Assembly (NCBI GenBank): GCA_046331705.1
Contig: JAXLQJ010000005.1
Span: 62,001 to 126,000, forward strand
Reading direction: 5' to 3'
Length of the DNA stretch: 64,000 nt
From: a bacterium
GTDB lineage: Bacteria; JADJOY01
The notes beneath the pieces are model-generated. The model worked only from the letters and a program-made list of their open reading frames with translations, was not told the DNA's origin and did no database searches. The stretch's first letter is position 1, and the number at the start of each line of letters is the position of its first letter. Below are positions 1 through 10,272 of this stretch, in pieces. The translations under genes were made by a program, and so were the position numbers.

Positions 1-135
1 GCTCGCGGTTGCGCTCGCATGAGCCGACGCAGCAAGAGAACGCGCGCAGGGCGCAGGGCCGCCGCCGAGGCCGCTCTTGCCGCGCCGACGGAGACACGGC
101 AAATGGATCTCACGCCAGTCGCCGTCCGGCAGCCC

Positions 136-636
136 ATGGCCAACCTCGAGATTCGCTCCGCCAACCCCGCCGACGTCGAGCAGATCCTCGATTTCGTGCG
201 GCGGCTGGCGGAATACGAGAAGCTCGGCCACGAGGTGGTCGCGACCCCCGAGCGCATCCGGCGGGCGCTCTTCGGCGGGCAGCGCTACGCCGAGTGCATC
301 CTTGCCGAGGCGGACGGCCAACCCGCCGGCTTCGCGCTGTTCTTCCACACGTTCTCCACCTTCCTGGCCTTGCCCGGGATCTATCTCGAGGACCTGTTCG
401 TGCTGCCCGAGCGGCGCGGCCAGGGCGTGGGCAAAGCGCTGCTCAAACGGGTGGCCGCGATCGCCGCCGAGCGCGGCTGCGGCCGCCTCGAATGGGCGGT
501 GCTCGACTGGAACGAGCCGGCGATCGCGTTCTACCGCTCGCTCGGCTCGCAACCGATGGGCGAGTGGACCGTGCACCGGGTCACGGGTGAAGCGCTGCGC
601 GCGCTCGCGACCTCGGCCGAGACGGCCACGAAGTGA
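136..636 (+). CDS. GNAT family N-acetyltransferase (diamine/spermidine acetyltransferase-like)
   Basis: LAEYEKL, YLEDLFV, RGQGVG acetyl-CoA motif, EWAVLDWNEPAIAFY; ATG at 136 preferred over upstream starts. Confidence 0.9.
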   Translation: MANLEIRSANPADVEQILDFVRRLAEYEKLGHEVVATPERIRRALFGGQRYAECILAEADGQPAGFALFFHTFSTFLALPGIYLEDLFVLPERRGQGVGKALLKRVAAIAAERGCGRLEWAVLDWNEPAIAFYRSLGSQPMGEWTVHRVTGEALRALATSAETATK

Positions 637-2090
637 GCGCGCCGGCGGCGCCCGGGCGGACCGACGCCTCGCCCAGCGCCGGCGAAGCCAAAGCCTCGGT
701 GCTGGCCCGCGTCGCCGTGCGCTTCACGGCGTTCGCGGAGCGCTGGCTCCCCGACGCGTTCGTGTTCGCGCTGGGCGCGACGGTGCTGGTGTTCGTGGCC
801 GGCGTCGCCATCGGCGAGCCGCCCGTGAAGCTCGTCGAGGCGTGGGGGACGGGCTTTCCCGAGCTGCTCGCGTTCACGATGCAGATGGCGCTGGTGATCG
901 TGACCGGCTACGTGGTGGCGTCCTCGCGGCCGATCTATCGCGCCATCGGCTGGATCGCCGATCGTGCTCCCCACTCGCCGCGCGGCGCCGTGGCCACCGT
1001 CGCGCTCTTCGCGATGGTGTCGTCCTGGTTCAACTGGGGATTCAGCCTGATCTTCTCGGCGGTGCTGGCGAAGGAGCTCGCTCGCCGGACACGCGGCGTC
1101 GACTACCGGGCGCTCGCCGCGGCGTCTTTCCTGGGGCTCGGCAGCGTGTGGGCGCAAGGGCTCTCGGGCTCCGCCGCGCTGCAGATGGCGACGGCGTCGG
1201 CGCTGCCCAAGGCCGTGCGCGACATCGTCGCCCACGACGGCGCGATCCCCGACGGCATCGTGCGCTTCGATCACACGATCTTTCTCTGGCAGAGCCTTGC
1301 CGCCGTCGCCATCGAGATCGTCGTCGTCACGGTGGTGATGGCGCTGGCGGCGCCGCGCGGAGCCGCCGCCCGAGACGCGGCCGCCCTCGGCATCGATCTC
1401 GGCCCGCCCCTCGATCGAGCGGACGAGCTGCCGCCGCCTCGCACGCCCGGCGAGCGGATCGAGCACTCCCCTGCGCTCATGCTCGCGATCGCGGCGCTCG
1501 GCGCCACCTACCTCGCGCTCTCACTGCGCAAGACCGGGATCACCGGCCTCACGGTCAACACCATCAACCTGGCGATGCTGCTGGTGGGCTTCGTGCTCCA
1601 CGGCACGCCGGCGCGGCTCATGAAGGCGGTGCGCGAGGCCACGCCCGCGACCTGGGGCGTGCTGCTCCAGTTCCCGTTCTACGGTGCGATCTCGGGCATG
1701 ATCGCGAGCACCGCGCTCAACGCGAAGATCGCCCATCTCTTCGTGGGGGTCTCGACCAAGCTCACGTTCCCGGCGTTGGTCGCCGCGTACTCGGCAGTGC
1801 TCGGGGTGTTCGTGCCGTCGGGCGGCGGCAAATGGATCATCGAGGCGCCGTACGTGATTCGCGCGGCGCACGAGATGGGTGCGCACATCGGCTGGACCGT
1901 GAGCTGCTACGACCTGGGAGAAGCCATCGCCAATCTGGTGCAGCCGTTCTGGATGCTGCCGGTGCTGGCGCTCTTGGGGCTGCGCGCTCGCGACGTGATG
2001 GGGTTCACGTTCCTGGTCGCGCTGGTGCTCTTCCCGGTGGTGCTGACGCTGGTCACCGTTCTCGGGGCGAGCCTGCCCTACCCGCTGTGA
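633..2090 (+). CDS. atoE: Short-chain fatty acid transporter, AtoE family
   Basis: ERWLPDAFVFA, LLAFTMQM, QFPFYGAI, VPSGGG, NLVQPFW; many TM helices. Confidence 0.88.
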   Translation: MSAPAAPGRTDASPSAGEAKASVLARVAVRFTAFAERWLPDAFVFALGATVLVFVAGVAIGEPPVKLVEAWGTGFPELLAFTMQMALVIVTGYVVASSRPIYRAIGWIADRAPHSPRGAVATVALFAMVSSWFNWGFSLIFSAVLAKELARRTRGVDYRALAAASFLGLGSVWAQGLSGSAALQMATASALPKAVRDIVAHDGAIPDGIVRFDHTIFLWQSLAAVAIEIVVVTVVMALAAPRGAAARDAAALGIDLGPPLDRADELPPPRTPGERIEHSPALMLAIAALGATYLALSLRKTGITGLTVNTINLAMLLVGFVLHGTPARLMKAVREATPATWGVLLQFPFYGAISGMIASTALNAKIAHLFVGVSTKLTFPALVAAYSAVLGVFVPSGGGKWIIEAPYVIRAAHEMGAHIGWTVSCYDLGEAIANLVQPFWMLPVLALLGLRARDVMGFTFLVALVLFPVVLTLVTVLGASLPYPL

Positions 2091-2138
2091 GGCGTCGTCG
2101 TTCGCGCGCGCTCGGCTCGGCGCCGAAGCGCGAACGCG

Positions 2139-2900
2139 TCACATCATCGTCAGGCCACCCGAGACGCTGAGCGTCTGGCCGGTGATGTAGGCCGCGTCGT
2201 CGGAGGCGAGGAACGCGACCGCGCGGGCGATGTCGAGGGGCTCGGCAAGCCGTCCCAGCGGGATGGCGCGCTTGAGCGCATCACCGAGCTTGGGTTGATC
2301 GGCGGCGAGGCCGGCGAACAGCGGCGTGTCGGTCGGCCCGGGAGCGACGCTGTTCACGGTGATCCCGTGACGAGCGACCTCGCGGGCGATGCCTTTGGTG
2401 AAGGCGATGACGCCGCCCTTGGTGGCCGAGTACACGACCTCGCCGCTCGAGCCCACGCGGCCGGCGTCCGAGGCGATGTTCACGATCCGTCCGCGGCGCG
2501 CCTCGATCATGACGGGCAGCACGGCGTGCGTGAGGTGGATGGGGCCGAGCAGATTGACGCGCACCAGGCGCTCCCACGTCTCGGGCTGGCTCTCCAGGAA
2601 CGGCTCGGCCTTGTCCCAGCCCGCGTTGTTCACGAGCACGTCGATCGCGCCGAAGCGCGCGCGCACGGCCACGATCCCGTCGCGCGCGTCGGCGTGACTC
2701 GAGACATCGAGGCGCCACGCCTGCGCGTCGCCGCGCTGCTCGCGGATCGCCGCAGCGACTCGCTCGGCGGCGGCAGCGTCGAGATCGGTGACGGCCACGC
2801 GTGCGCCGCGCTCGGCGAGCAAGCGCGCGATCGCGGCACCGATGCCGCTTCCCGCACCCGTGACGATCGCGACTCGGCCGTCGAGATTCACGCGGGTCAC
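2139..2900 (-). CDS. SDR family oxidoreductase (2-hydroxycyclohexanecarboxyl-CoA dehydrogenase BadH-like)
   Basis: TGAGSGIG, NNAGWD, ASDAGRVGSSGE, YSATK; GTG start overlaps upstream TGA. Confidence 0.88.
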   Translation of the reverse strand: MTRVNLDGRVAIVTGAGSGIGAAIARLLAERGARVAVTDLDAAAAERVAAAIREQRGDAQAWRLDVSSHADARDGIVAVRARFGAIDVLVNNAGWDKAEPFLESQPETWERLVRVNLLGPIHLTHAVLPVMIEARRGRIVNIASDAGRVGSSGEVVYSATKGGVIAFTKGIAREVARHGITVNSVAPGPTDTPLFAGLAADQPKLGDALKRAIPLGRLAEPLDIARAVAFLASDDAAYITGQTLSVSGGLTMM

Positions 2901-3946
2901 CCTCCGGGCGGTGCCGGTGGCACGGGATCGTCTCCCAGCGCCAGGTTGTAGTCCGCCGTGAACGGCGCGACCGTGTCGATCCGATCGGTCTCGACCATGC
3001 GCAACCGCGTCGAGTCGTAGCTCGCCTGATAGACGTAGCGCGCCGCCGCCAACGCCTCCTCGGGAGGCGCGCCCTGCATGGTGGCGGTGCGTTGCGCGAG
3101 CGTCGCGAGCGTGTCGGTGCTGCCGAGGACCTCCACGAAGAGCTTGCGGCCGCTCGCCAGCACGTCCTCGCGAACCGCGTCGAAGCCCGGATCCCCGGGG
3201 TTCATCTTCACGATGCGAGTGCCCGCTGCACCCAGCTCGTTCTTCATCTGCGTCCACGCGCCTGCGTCGTAGGGCCGAACCGCGACCACGGCGCTCGGCT
3301 CCTCGGCGAGAACGGCGCGTGCCTCCGCCGCCGAATCCGCCACGAACACCGTCTCGTCGAGCTTCGCGAGGGCCCGCACCTGGCGCACCACCTGCGCCAC
3401 GCCGGCCGCCACGTCCACCTCCAGGTTCACCACCATCGCCGCGCGACCGCGCAATCCGCGCGCGGCGTCGTCCAGCGTGGGAATCGGCTGCGGCGTGCGC
3501 ACCAGCACCTTGAGGCCCGTGGTGGCGAGGAAGATCACCTCGTCGCTGCCGAGCTCGCCGCGCTGATCCGGGGGCAGCACCTCGATGCCGCGAAGCGCGT
3601 CGAAGGAGAGGTCCGCGATCGCGCCGGTGCCGGTGCAGGTGCGATCCACCGTCGGGTCGTGCATGAGCACCACGAATCCGTCCGCGGAGCGACGCACGTC
3701 GAAGGAGATGGCCTCGGCGCCGAATGCGACGCCCAGATCGTTCGCCGCGACGGTCTCCTCGGGCGCGAAGAAGCGGCTACCGCGGCTCGACACCGCGACC
3801 ACGCGATTGCACGCCGAGTCGACCAGGCACGCCACCGCGTCCGCAGCGCGCGGCGAGCCGCCGCCGCTGCCGCCACAGGCCGTGCACAGCGCTGCGACCA
3901 TCGACGCGAGCGCCGGCACGCGCCGGGCGAGACGGGCTTGCGTCAC
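2897..3946 (-). CDS. Glycerophosphodiester phosphodiesterase-family lipoprotein, degenerate active site
   Basis: [28 protein letters not shown], terminal ETDR; lipobox-like LCTAC followed by Gly/Ser linker. Confidence 0.75.
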   Translation of the reverse strand: MTQARLARRVPALASMVAALCTACGGSGGGSPRAADAVACLVDSACNRVVAVSSRGSRFFAPEETVAANDLGVAFGAEAISFDVRRSADGFVVLMHDPTVDRTCTGTGAIADLSFDALRGIEVLPPDQRGELGSDEVIFLATTGLKVLVRTPQPIPTLDDAARGLRGRAAMVVNLEVDVAAGVAQVVRQVRALAKLDETVFVADSAAEARAVLAEEPSAVVAVRPYDAGAWTQMKNELGAAGTRIVKMNPGDPGFDAVREDVLASGRKLFVEVLGSTDTLATLAQRTATMQGAPPEEALAAARYVYQASYDSTRLRMVETDRIDTVAPFTADYNLALGDDPVPPAPPGG

Positions 3947-4665
3947 GGGTCGCTCCGCACGTAGACGGTGGGGTCGGCGACGCCGGCTTCGAGGAAGCCC
4001 TTGCGGCGCAGCAGGCAGCTGTCGCAGCGGCCGCAGGCGCGGCCTTCGGCGTCCGGCTGGTAGCACGAATGCGTGAGCGCGAGATCCACGCCCAGCTCGT
4101 GCGCCTTGCGGATGATCTCCGCCTTGCTCATCGACACGAGCGGTGCCTGGACGTCCACGGCGAACTCGCCGGTGACACCGATCCTCGTGGCGACGCGCGC
4201 CAGCGCCCGAAACGCCTCGATGAACTCCGGACGACAGTCGGGATAGCCGCTGTAATCGAGGGCGTTGACGCCGATGAAGAGATCGGCGCCGCCGAGCGCC
4301 TCCGCCCACGCGAGCGCCAGCGACAGAAAGACCGTGTTTCGCGCCGGGACGTAGGTGGACGGGATCCCTCCGCCGCCGATCTCGGCCTCGTTCCGATCGA
4401 GCGGGATCTCGCCGTCGCCCACCAGCGCCGAGCCGCCGAAGGACTTGAGGTCGAGATCGATGACCCGATGCGCGACCACGCCCAGGCTCCGCGCGACTCG
4501 CGCCGCCGCTTCGATCTCGTGCGCGTGCCGCTGGCCGTAGCGCACCGTGAGCGCGTGGCAGGCGTAGCCCCGCGCTTTCGCGATGGCCAGGACCGTCGCG
4601 GAGTCGAGGCCGCCCGAGAGCAGCACGACCGCGCTCCGCGGCCGCTGCGGGCTGGCCGCGGTCAC
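3943..4665 (-). CDS. queC: 7-cyano-7-deazaguanine synthase
   Basis: [39 protein letters not shown] zinc site. Confidence 0.97.
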   Translation of the reverse strand: MTAASPQRPRSAVVLLSGGLDSATVLAIAKARGYACHALTVRYGQRHAHEIEAAARVARSLGVVAHRVIDLDLKSFGGSALVGDGEIPLDRNEAEIGGGGIPSTYVPARNTVFLSLALAWAEALGGADLFIGVNALDYSGYPDCRPEFIEAFRALARVATRIGVTGEFAVDVQAPLVSMSKAEIIRKAHELGVDLALTHSCYQPDAEGRACGRCDSCLLRRKGFLEAGVADPTVYVRSDP

Positions 4666-5942
4666 GGTGCGCCTCGCTGCTTCGCCGCGAATCGCTCGGC
4701 GAGGATGCGCGTCACCGCCCGCGCCACGTCCATCTTGGAGGCCGGCCCGAGCGCCACGGGCTCGTCGCTCCCGCGCGACACCACCGTGAGCTCGTTGGAA
4801 TCACCGGCGAAACCGACGCCCGGCTTCGACACGTCGTTGGCCGCGATGAGATCGAGCCGCTTGCGCTCGAGCTTGTCGCGGGCGTAGCCGAGGAGATCGC
4901 GGGTCTCGACCGCGAAACCCATGACGACGGCGCGCTCGCGCCGTCCGAGCGCTTCGAGGCGCTCGACCAGGGCGGCGATCACGTCCGGCGTGCGCCGGAA
5001 CTCGACCAGCTGGTTGCCCTCGGTCTTCTTCACCTTGTCGGCGGCGACGACCACCGGGGTGTAGTCGGCGATGGCCGCGGCGCCGACGTAGACGTCCGTC
5101 TCGCCGGCGCGCGACAGCACCGCGTCGCACATGTCCTCGGCGCTCACCACGGGCACGACGTGCGCCACGCGAGGCGGGGCGATCGAGACCGGCCCGTGGA
5201 TCAGCGTCACCTCGGCACCAGCCTCCACGAGCGCGTGCGCCACGGCGAAGCCCATCTTGCCGCTCGATGGATTGCTGACGAATCGCACCGGATCGAGGAA
5301 CTCGCGGGTGGGACCGGCGGTCACGACCGCCCGCACTCCAGCGAGCGCACCCGCGACCGAAGGCGTCGGCGGCTCGACGGCGCTCGCCGAGGCACGCTTC
5401 ACGAGCGCGAGCGCCCGCGCCACGATCGGCTCGGGCTCGCTCATCCGTCCTTCACCGGAGCGGCCGCTGGCGAGCAACCCGTCCTCGGGGCCGATGGTCG
5501 AGAATCGTCCCAGCGCCACCAGCCGCTCGATGTGCCCCTGGACGAGCGGGTTCCGCCACATGCCGGTCTCCATCGCCGGCGCGACGAGCACGGGCGCCGG
5601 CGAGGCGAGGATGGTCGCGGTCACCACGTCGTCCGCCATCCCCAGCGCCAGCCGCGCGATGGTGTGCGCGGTCGCCGGCGCCACCACGAAGAGCTCGGTG
5701 GCGTGCGCCTGCTCGACGTGCGCGATCGAATCGCCGCGATCCCACAGATCGCTCTGCACCGCGCGCTGGGTCAAGCCCTCGAAGGTGAGCGGGCTCACGA
5801 ACTTGGTGGCCGACGGCGTCATCAGCACGTCCACCCGGAGGCCGGCGCGCATCAAGCCCCGCACCACCAGGCACGCCTTGTACGCCGCGATGCCACCCGT
5901 GACGCAGACGGTCACGCTGGGAGCTCGATCGGATGGGGTCAT
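4662..5942 (-). CDS. coaBC: Bifunctional phosphopantothenoylcysteine decarboxylase/phosphopantothenate-cysteine ligase
   Basis: [55 protein letters not shown]. Confidence 0.96.
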   Translation of the reverse strand: MTPSDRAPSVTVCVTGGIAAYKACLVVRGLMRAGLRVDVLMTPSATKFVSPLTFEGLTQRAVQSDLWDRGDSIAHVEQAHATELFVVAPATAHTIARLALGMADDVVTATILASPAPVLVAPAMETGMWRNPLVQGHIERLVALGRFSTIGPEDGLLASGRSGEGRMSEPEPIVARALALVKRASASAVEPPTPSVAGALAGVRAVVTAGPTREFLDPVRFVSNPSSGKMGFAVAHALVEAGAEVTLIHGPVSIAPPRVAHVVPVVSAEDMCDAVLSRAGETDVYVGAAAIADYTPVVVAADKVKKTEGNQLVEFRRTPDVIAALVERLEALGRRERAVVMGFAVETRDLLGYARDKLERKRLDLIAANDVSKPGVGFAGDSNELTVVSRGSDEPVALGPASKMDVARAVTRILAERFAAKQRGAP

Positions 5943-6028
5943 CGGTGACGCGGCTCCGCGGCGCGCAGCGGGGGGAAGAATACGTCAAGAGCCGAGGGAA
6001 ACGAGCGTTGTCCGTCCCCGCGCCCGCG

Positions 6029-6931
6029 TCAATGCCAGAGCGACAAGACGACGACGCCGCCGGCCATCAGCGCGATGCCGATCGCCTTCTGCACCAGCGA
6101 TTCGCGATCGACGCGCTCTTCGACCCATCCCGGCGCCACGCGCTTCGCCGCGATCGCCAGCGCCAGCACCACCACCGCCGTGATGCCGCTCATCGCGGTG
6201 GCGATCGCCGCCGGGCCGAGCTTGAGGGCGCGGTTGTAGAGGAAGAACCCGATCGACCCGAGCAGGAGCGTCACGCCGGTGAGCGCGATCGAGGGGAAGT
6301 CGGTGTCGAGCGCCTGGGCCAGGGCCCGGCGGCGCACCGCCGGCACGAACATCAAGAGCACGGTCAGACCGGCGCAACACCAGCGAATGAGCAGCGCCGC
6401 GGCGAAGGGGTCGTAGGTTCGCACCAGCGCGCGCGTCAGCAGCGCGTGCGCCGCCGCCGCGGCCACCGCGGGAAGCATCCAGAGCGCGCGCGGGCGGATC
6501 CGGGTGAAGTCGCGCAGGTCGTCCACCGAGAGCACCGCGCTGCCGACCAGCAGCATCGGGAACGCGAGCTTCGCGGCGCCGGGCAATCCTTCGTCCCAGA
6601 GGAGCTTGGTCGCGATCAGGATGAAGATCGGCTCCAGGTGCCAGAGCGGCACCACGCGCGAGGCTTCCTCGGTCTCGAGCGCCGTGTAGTACGGCCACAG
6701 CACGACCAGGAACACCGCGCCGGCGGTGAGCGCGAGACCGAGCTCCCGCAAGCTCGGCCGCGCCATCTCGACCCACGGCAGGAACGCGAGCAGCGCGGGA
6801 GCGCACCACGCGCCCAGGATCACGTACGCTCCCGCCGACACTCCACGCGTCGACACGACCACGCGGTCCAGGAAGTTCGAGACCCCCCAGATCACGTAGG
6901 CCGCGAGCGCCAGGCCTACGTAGTCATCCAT
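6029..6931 (-). CDS. EamA/DMT family transporter
   Basis: About 10 TM helices in two repeats; ALETEEASRVVPL and ALKLGPAAIA. Confidence 0.8.
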   Translation of the reverse strand: MDDYVGLALAAYVIWGVSNFLDRVVVSTRGVSAGAYVILGAWCAPALLAFLPWVEMARPSLRELGLALTAGAVFLVVLWPYYTALETEEASRVVPLWHLEPIFILIATKLLWDEGLPGAAKLAFPMLLVGSAVLSVDDLRDFTRIRPRALWMLPAVAAAAAHALLTRALVRTYDPFAAALLIRWCCAGLTVLLMFVPAVRRRALAQALDTDFPSIALTGVTLLLGSIGFFLYNRALKLGPAAIATAMSGITAVVVLALAIAAKRVAPGWVEERVDRESLVQKAIGIALMAGGVVVLSLWH

Positions 6932-6982
6932 CGAGGAGCGCGCGGAGCGCCGCGCCGGCGGGCGGCGCCCCGTGGGCGGCGT

Positions 6983-8143
<1,161 letters not shown>

Positions 8144-8247
8144 CGTGGCGGACCCTTCGCGCGTTGCGCGCGGCGTCGAGGCGAAGCGGGACGAGGCGAG
8201 AACGGGAAGTATGGCGTCGCGCGGAGAGCGACGTCCAGGCGTGTCCG

Positions 8248-8454
8248 TCAGGCCGCGTGCGAATCGCAGGGGCACCTGAGCGCGCCGGGCGCGCGCGGCG
8301 CAACCGCACCTTCGACGACCGCGGAGGACGCTGTGGACGGGCCGGCGAGCAGCGCGTCGCGGCACTCGCGACAGATGCCGTGGGTGGCCTCCGTTCGAGC
8401 GATCGGCGCCTTCACACCCAAGGTCCGCGCGCACCATGCGCACACGACGATCAC
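8248..8454 (-). CDS. Small putative zinc-binding protein (CAWC...HGICREC), 68 aa
   Basis: GTG at 8454 preceded by GGAGG; VIVVCAWCARTLG...THGICREC, a paired Cys/His motif known from small Zn-ribbon domains. Confidence 0.6.
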   Translation of the reverse strand: MIVVCAWCARTLGVKAPIARTEATHGICRECRDALLAGPSTASSAVVEGAVAPRAPGALRCPCDSHAA

Positions 8455-8529
8455 GGCCGCTGCCCTCCGACCCGCGGGTCTCGCACGATGGTCGCATCCC
8501 GGGCCGCCCCCGTTACGCCCGCGAGCGCG

Positions 8530-8558
8530 TTGACAGGCTGCGCGCACGGGGCCAGCTT
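8530..8558 (+). promoter_or_regulatory. Putative sigma-70 promoter TTGACA-N17-CAGCTT, possibly giving a leaderless transcript
   Basis: Perfect -35 box at 8530; weak -10 box; expected start falls near the ATG at 8566, which has no RBS. Confidence 0.4.
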
Positions 8559-8565
8559 CGATCGC

Positions 8566-9387
8566 ATGACCTGGGATCGCTCCCGGCGCATCGCCATCGC
8601 GCTCGTCGCGGCGTGGGTCGTCGGCGTCGGCGCGAGCGCCGCGGAACGAGTGACGACGCGCCCGGGCGAGGCCGCGCTGCCGCTGATCCCGGACGCGAGC
8701 GATGTCACGCTCAGCGACGCCGAGCGCGCGCGGATCCAAGCAGGCGAGATCGTGGTGAAGACGGTGGCGCGCACCGCCGAGGACCGCCAGGCGCGCGCCA
8801 TCGGCTACCTCAAGCACAACCCCGTGGAGCTCTTCTCGGTGGCGGGCGACGGCAGCCTGCAGCGCGAGATGTACCGAGAGATCGTCCAGTTCGAGGAGCT
8901 CGAGCGCTGGGAGAACGGCAAGCGCTTCCGCGCCACCGCCGACGTCTCGATGCTGTTGCCGGACTTCCACTACACGATGACGGGCTGCTGGAACCCGTCG
9001 CGGACGGCGCTCTGCTGGTCGCAGATCGAGGGTGATTTCGATCGCAACGAGGGCAGTCAGTCGTTCCTGTGGGACCCGGCTCGTCGCGAGACCCTCGCCG
9101 TGTTCACGTTCGATCTCGCGATGAAGGGGATCTTGAGCCTGGTGCCCGAGTCCTTCATCCTGTCGTTGGCCGGACGCAATCTCCCCAACGCGATGCGGTC
9201 CGTGGAATCCATGGTCGACACGGTCCGGGCTCGCGACGCCGCCCGCGCGGCGCGCTGGGACCAGGAATGGGCGAGCCTGGAACGCGAGCTCGGCGCGGGC
9301 ACCTGGCCGGCGCGGGTATGGCCCGCCAATCCCTCGTCCGTCGCGACCACGACCCTCTCGCCACCTCCGAAGGAGCCTTTGCCGTGA
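8566..9387 (+). CDS. Secreted SRPBCC/START-like protein, paralogue 1
   Basis: Signal peptide; GEIVV, GDFDRNEG and C-terminal LPNAMR helix typical of cyclase/START folds; clear similarity to next gene. Confidence 0.6.
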   Translation: MTWDRSRRIAIALVAAWVVGVGASAAERVTTRPGEAALPLIPDASDVTLSDAERARIQAGEIVVKTVARTAEDRQARAIGYLKHNPVELFSVAGDGSLQREMYREIVQFEELERWENGKRFRATADVSMLLPDFHYTMTGCWNPSRTALCWSQIEGDFDRNEGSQSFLWDPARRETLAVFTFDLAMKGILSLVPESFILSLAGRNLPNAMRSVESMVDTVRARDAARAARWDQEWASLERELGAGTWPARVWPANPSSVATTTLSPPPKEPLP

Positions 9388-10250
9388 CCCACCGTTCGCG
9401 ATCTCCCCGCGTTGCGCGCGCTCGCCAAGTTCTCCTCGCCTTCACGGCGTTCGCGCTGAGCACGAGCGCGGCCATCCCCACCCGCGCTGGCGAAACCATC
9501 CCCGAGGCGGACGTGCCGCCCGAGCTCAAGGTCTTCGACAATCCGAAGCCGCTGCTGCCGATCCCGGACGCCCAGGACATCCAGCTCAGCGAGTCGGAAT
9601 GGGCCGCCGTGCAGCGCGGCGAGATCGTCGTGCAGATCGTCGAGTACAGCAAGGAAGACCGCATGGCGCGCGGCATCGGCTACATGAAGAACCACCCGGT
9701 CTCGATCTTCGACGTGGCCACCGACTCGGTCATCGCGGTGCAGAACTTCCCGGAGATCACGGGGGTCTGCATCATGCGCGCCGAGCCCCGCGGGAAGATC
9801 TTCTACATGACCGTGAAGCCGGCGTTCCTGCTGCCGACCTACGAGTTCACCTCCATCGCGGAATACGCCGACCCACCCACCGGTCAGACGTTCCACCAGA
9901 TCAAAGGCGACTTCCAGCGCAACGAAGGCGTTCACGCGTACCTGTGGGATCCCGAGCGCAAGGAAACGCTGGGCGTGTTCCAGTTCGCCTTCGGGCTCAA
10001 AGGGATCTTGAGCATCCTCCCCGAGAGCCTCCTCCTGAACCTCGCCAAACGCTCGCTTCCCGACGCGATTCGCAAGATGGACGCGATCGCCACGCGCATC
10101 CAGCAAGAAGAGCCGGCGCGCGCGCAGAAGGTGAACGAGACGTGGGCTGCGCTCAAGCCGCGTCTCGAGTCCGGCGAGTTGCCGGGGCGGATCTGGCACG
10201 GCCCGCCGGCGGCCGCGGTGGCGAGCGCCGGCCACGACGCCGCGCCATGA
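9384..10250 (+). CDS. Secreted SRPBCC/START-like protein, paralogue 2
   Basis: AAGGAG RBS, GTG overlaps prior stop; signal peptide; GDFQRNEG; aligns over full length with 8566-9387. Confidence 0.62.
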   Translation: MTHRSRSPRVARARQVLLAFTAFALSTSAAIPTRAGETIPEADVPPELKVFDNPKPLLPIPDAQDIQLSESEWAAVQRGEIVVQIVEYSKEDRMARGIGYMKNHPVSIFDVATDSVIAVQNFPEITGVCIMRAEPRGKIFYMTVKPAFLLPTYEFTSIAEYADPPTGQTFHQIKGDFQRNEGVHAYLWDPERKETLGVFQFAFGLKGILSILPESLLLNLAKRSLPDAIRKMDAIATRIQQEEPARAQKVNETWAALKPRLESGELPGRIWHGPPAAAVASAGHDAAP

Positions 10251-10272
10251 GCCGCGGCGCGGCGAGCCCGCC

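Noticed and set aside
19-135. N-terminal extension of the GNAT ORF
   Set aside because: Low-complexity Arg/Ala sequence; the domain begins at the ATG at 136
3943-4665. queC as part of a 7-deazaguanine DNA-modification or QatC-type defence system
   Set aside because: Canonical length and motifs, housekeeping context, no dpd or qat neighbours
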